From Thelocarpon superellum (lineage: Eukaryota), in NCBI GenBank assembly GCA_026025795.1, contig JAPEUG010000055.1:44764-64763 (forward strand): DNA of 20,000 bases, written 5' to 3'. Under the pieces are notes generated by a model, which had not been told where the DNA came from, ran no database searches, and worked only from the letters and a program-made list of their open reading frames with translations. Numbering within the stretch: position 1 is the stretch's first letter; each line of letters starts with the position of its first letter. Position numbers and translations under genes: made by a program. This document shows positions 19,333-20,000 of the stretch, piece after piece.

Positions 19333-20000
19333 TTAAACCGACGTGGTGGGCACAACGACCGTGCTGAGCGTCGTAGGCGCGTCGGCGATAGGAGCCTGCG
19401 CGTACTCGTACTCGACGTAGCAACCCTCGCTGTCGTCGGCGGGCGCCTCAGTGGAGGTGGGGGCAGAAGTCGGCGACGACGTGGTGGGCGTGGAGCTGAT
19501 GGGTGCAGCCGATGTGGCGGCGGCGGAGGAGGAGGAGGTGGGCGGGGCGTCGACGGCTGGCGCTTCGATGACTGGCGCGCTGGTGTACGCCGCTGGCGGA
19601 GGGGCCGCGGCGGACGAGGGGGGCGGTGGCGGGGGCACGCTGCTGGATGCTGCCGGGGGTGGCGGGGGCGGGGCGCTGGACGCCGCTGGGGCCGGCGCGG
19701 GTGCTACGTCGGGAGCAGCCGCGGGCGGGGGAGGCGCGGGTGGGTTGCTGGAGGCCGCTGGGGCCGGCGCGGGTGCTACGTCGGGGGCGGCTGCGGGCGG
19801 GGGAGGGGCAGGTGGGTCGCTGGAGGCCGCTGGGGCTGGCGCGGGGGCAACGTCAGGAGCAGGTGGGTCGCTGGAGGCCGCTGGAGGAGGCGGCGGCGGG
19901 GCGCTGGAGGCCGCTGGGGCTGGTGCGGGGGCTACTTCGGGAGTGGGCGGCGGGGCTGCGGCCTCGGTCGTCGGTGGAGGTGGCGGGGGGGCAGCAGTTG
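19333..20000 (-). CDS. 3' part of a Pro/Ala/Ser/Thr-rich repeat protein (probably secreted or cell-surface); 5' end lies outside the window
   Basis: The frame is open from the window edge to TAA at 19333 and reads TAAPPPPPPTTEAAAPPPTPEVAPAPAPAASS...DDSEGCYVEYEY...VVVPTTSV*. Synonymous variation between repeat units supports coding. Confidence 0.7.
   Translation of the reverse strand, partial: TAAPPPPPPTTEAAAPPPTPEVAPAPAPAASSAPPPPPPAASSDPPAPDVAPAPAPAASSDPPAPPPPAAAPDVAPAPAPAASSNPPAPPPPAAAPDVAPAPAPAASSAPPPPPPAASSSVPPPPPPSSAAAPPPAAYTSAPVIEAPAVDAPPTSSSSAAATSAAPISSTPTTSSPTSAPTSTEAPADDSEGCYVEYEYAQAPIADAPTTLSTVVVPTTSV
19640..19940 (-). repeat. Coding tandem repeat, about 72-nt (24-aa) unit DVAPAPAPAASS[DN]PPAPPPPAAAP
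   Basis: Near-identical segments ccgctggggccggcgcgggtgctacgtcggg start at 19683 and 19755 (72-nt period), with further degenerate copies up to about 19940. Confidence 0.85.

Overview
A GC-rich, intron-containing eukaryotic window, most likely from a filamentous ascomycete (Pezizomycotina), judging by short introns with CTRAC/CTAAY branch points and fungal-type proteins. It is densely packed with housekeeping genes. In order: a short F-box protein (+), SLX1 nuclease (+), thymidylate kinase CDC8 (-), queuine tRNA-ribosyltransferase accessory subunit QTRT2 (+), MET12-type methylenetetrahydrofolate reductase (-), SH3/transglutaminase-like cytokinesis protein CYK3 (-), OXA1 (-), MIM1/TOM13 (-), UBX1/SHP1 (p47) (+), and the 3' end of a Pro/Ala/Ser-rich repeat protein (-). 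The most unusual region is the MET12-CYK3 intergenic interval (about 8400-9110). It holds an 18/19-bp inverted repeat enclosing three 19-bp-period direct repeats, followed by a TATA box. Downstream are two tandem copies of an 83-85-nt box C/D (kink-turn) RNA-like element with compensatory stem changes and no obvious guide sequence. All exon boundaries and family assignments were derived by eye; no database searches were run.
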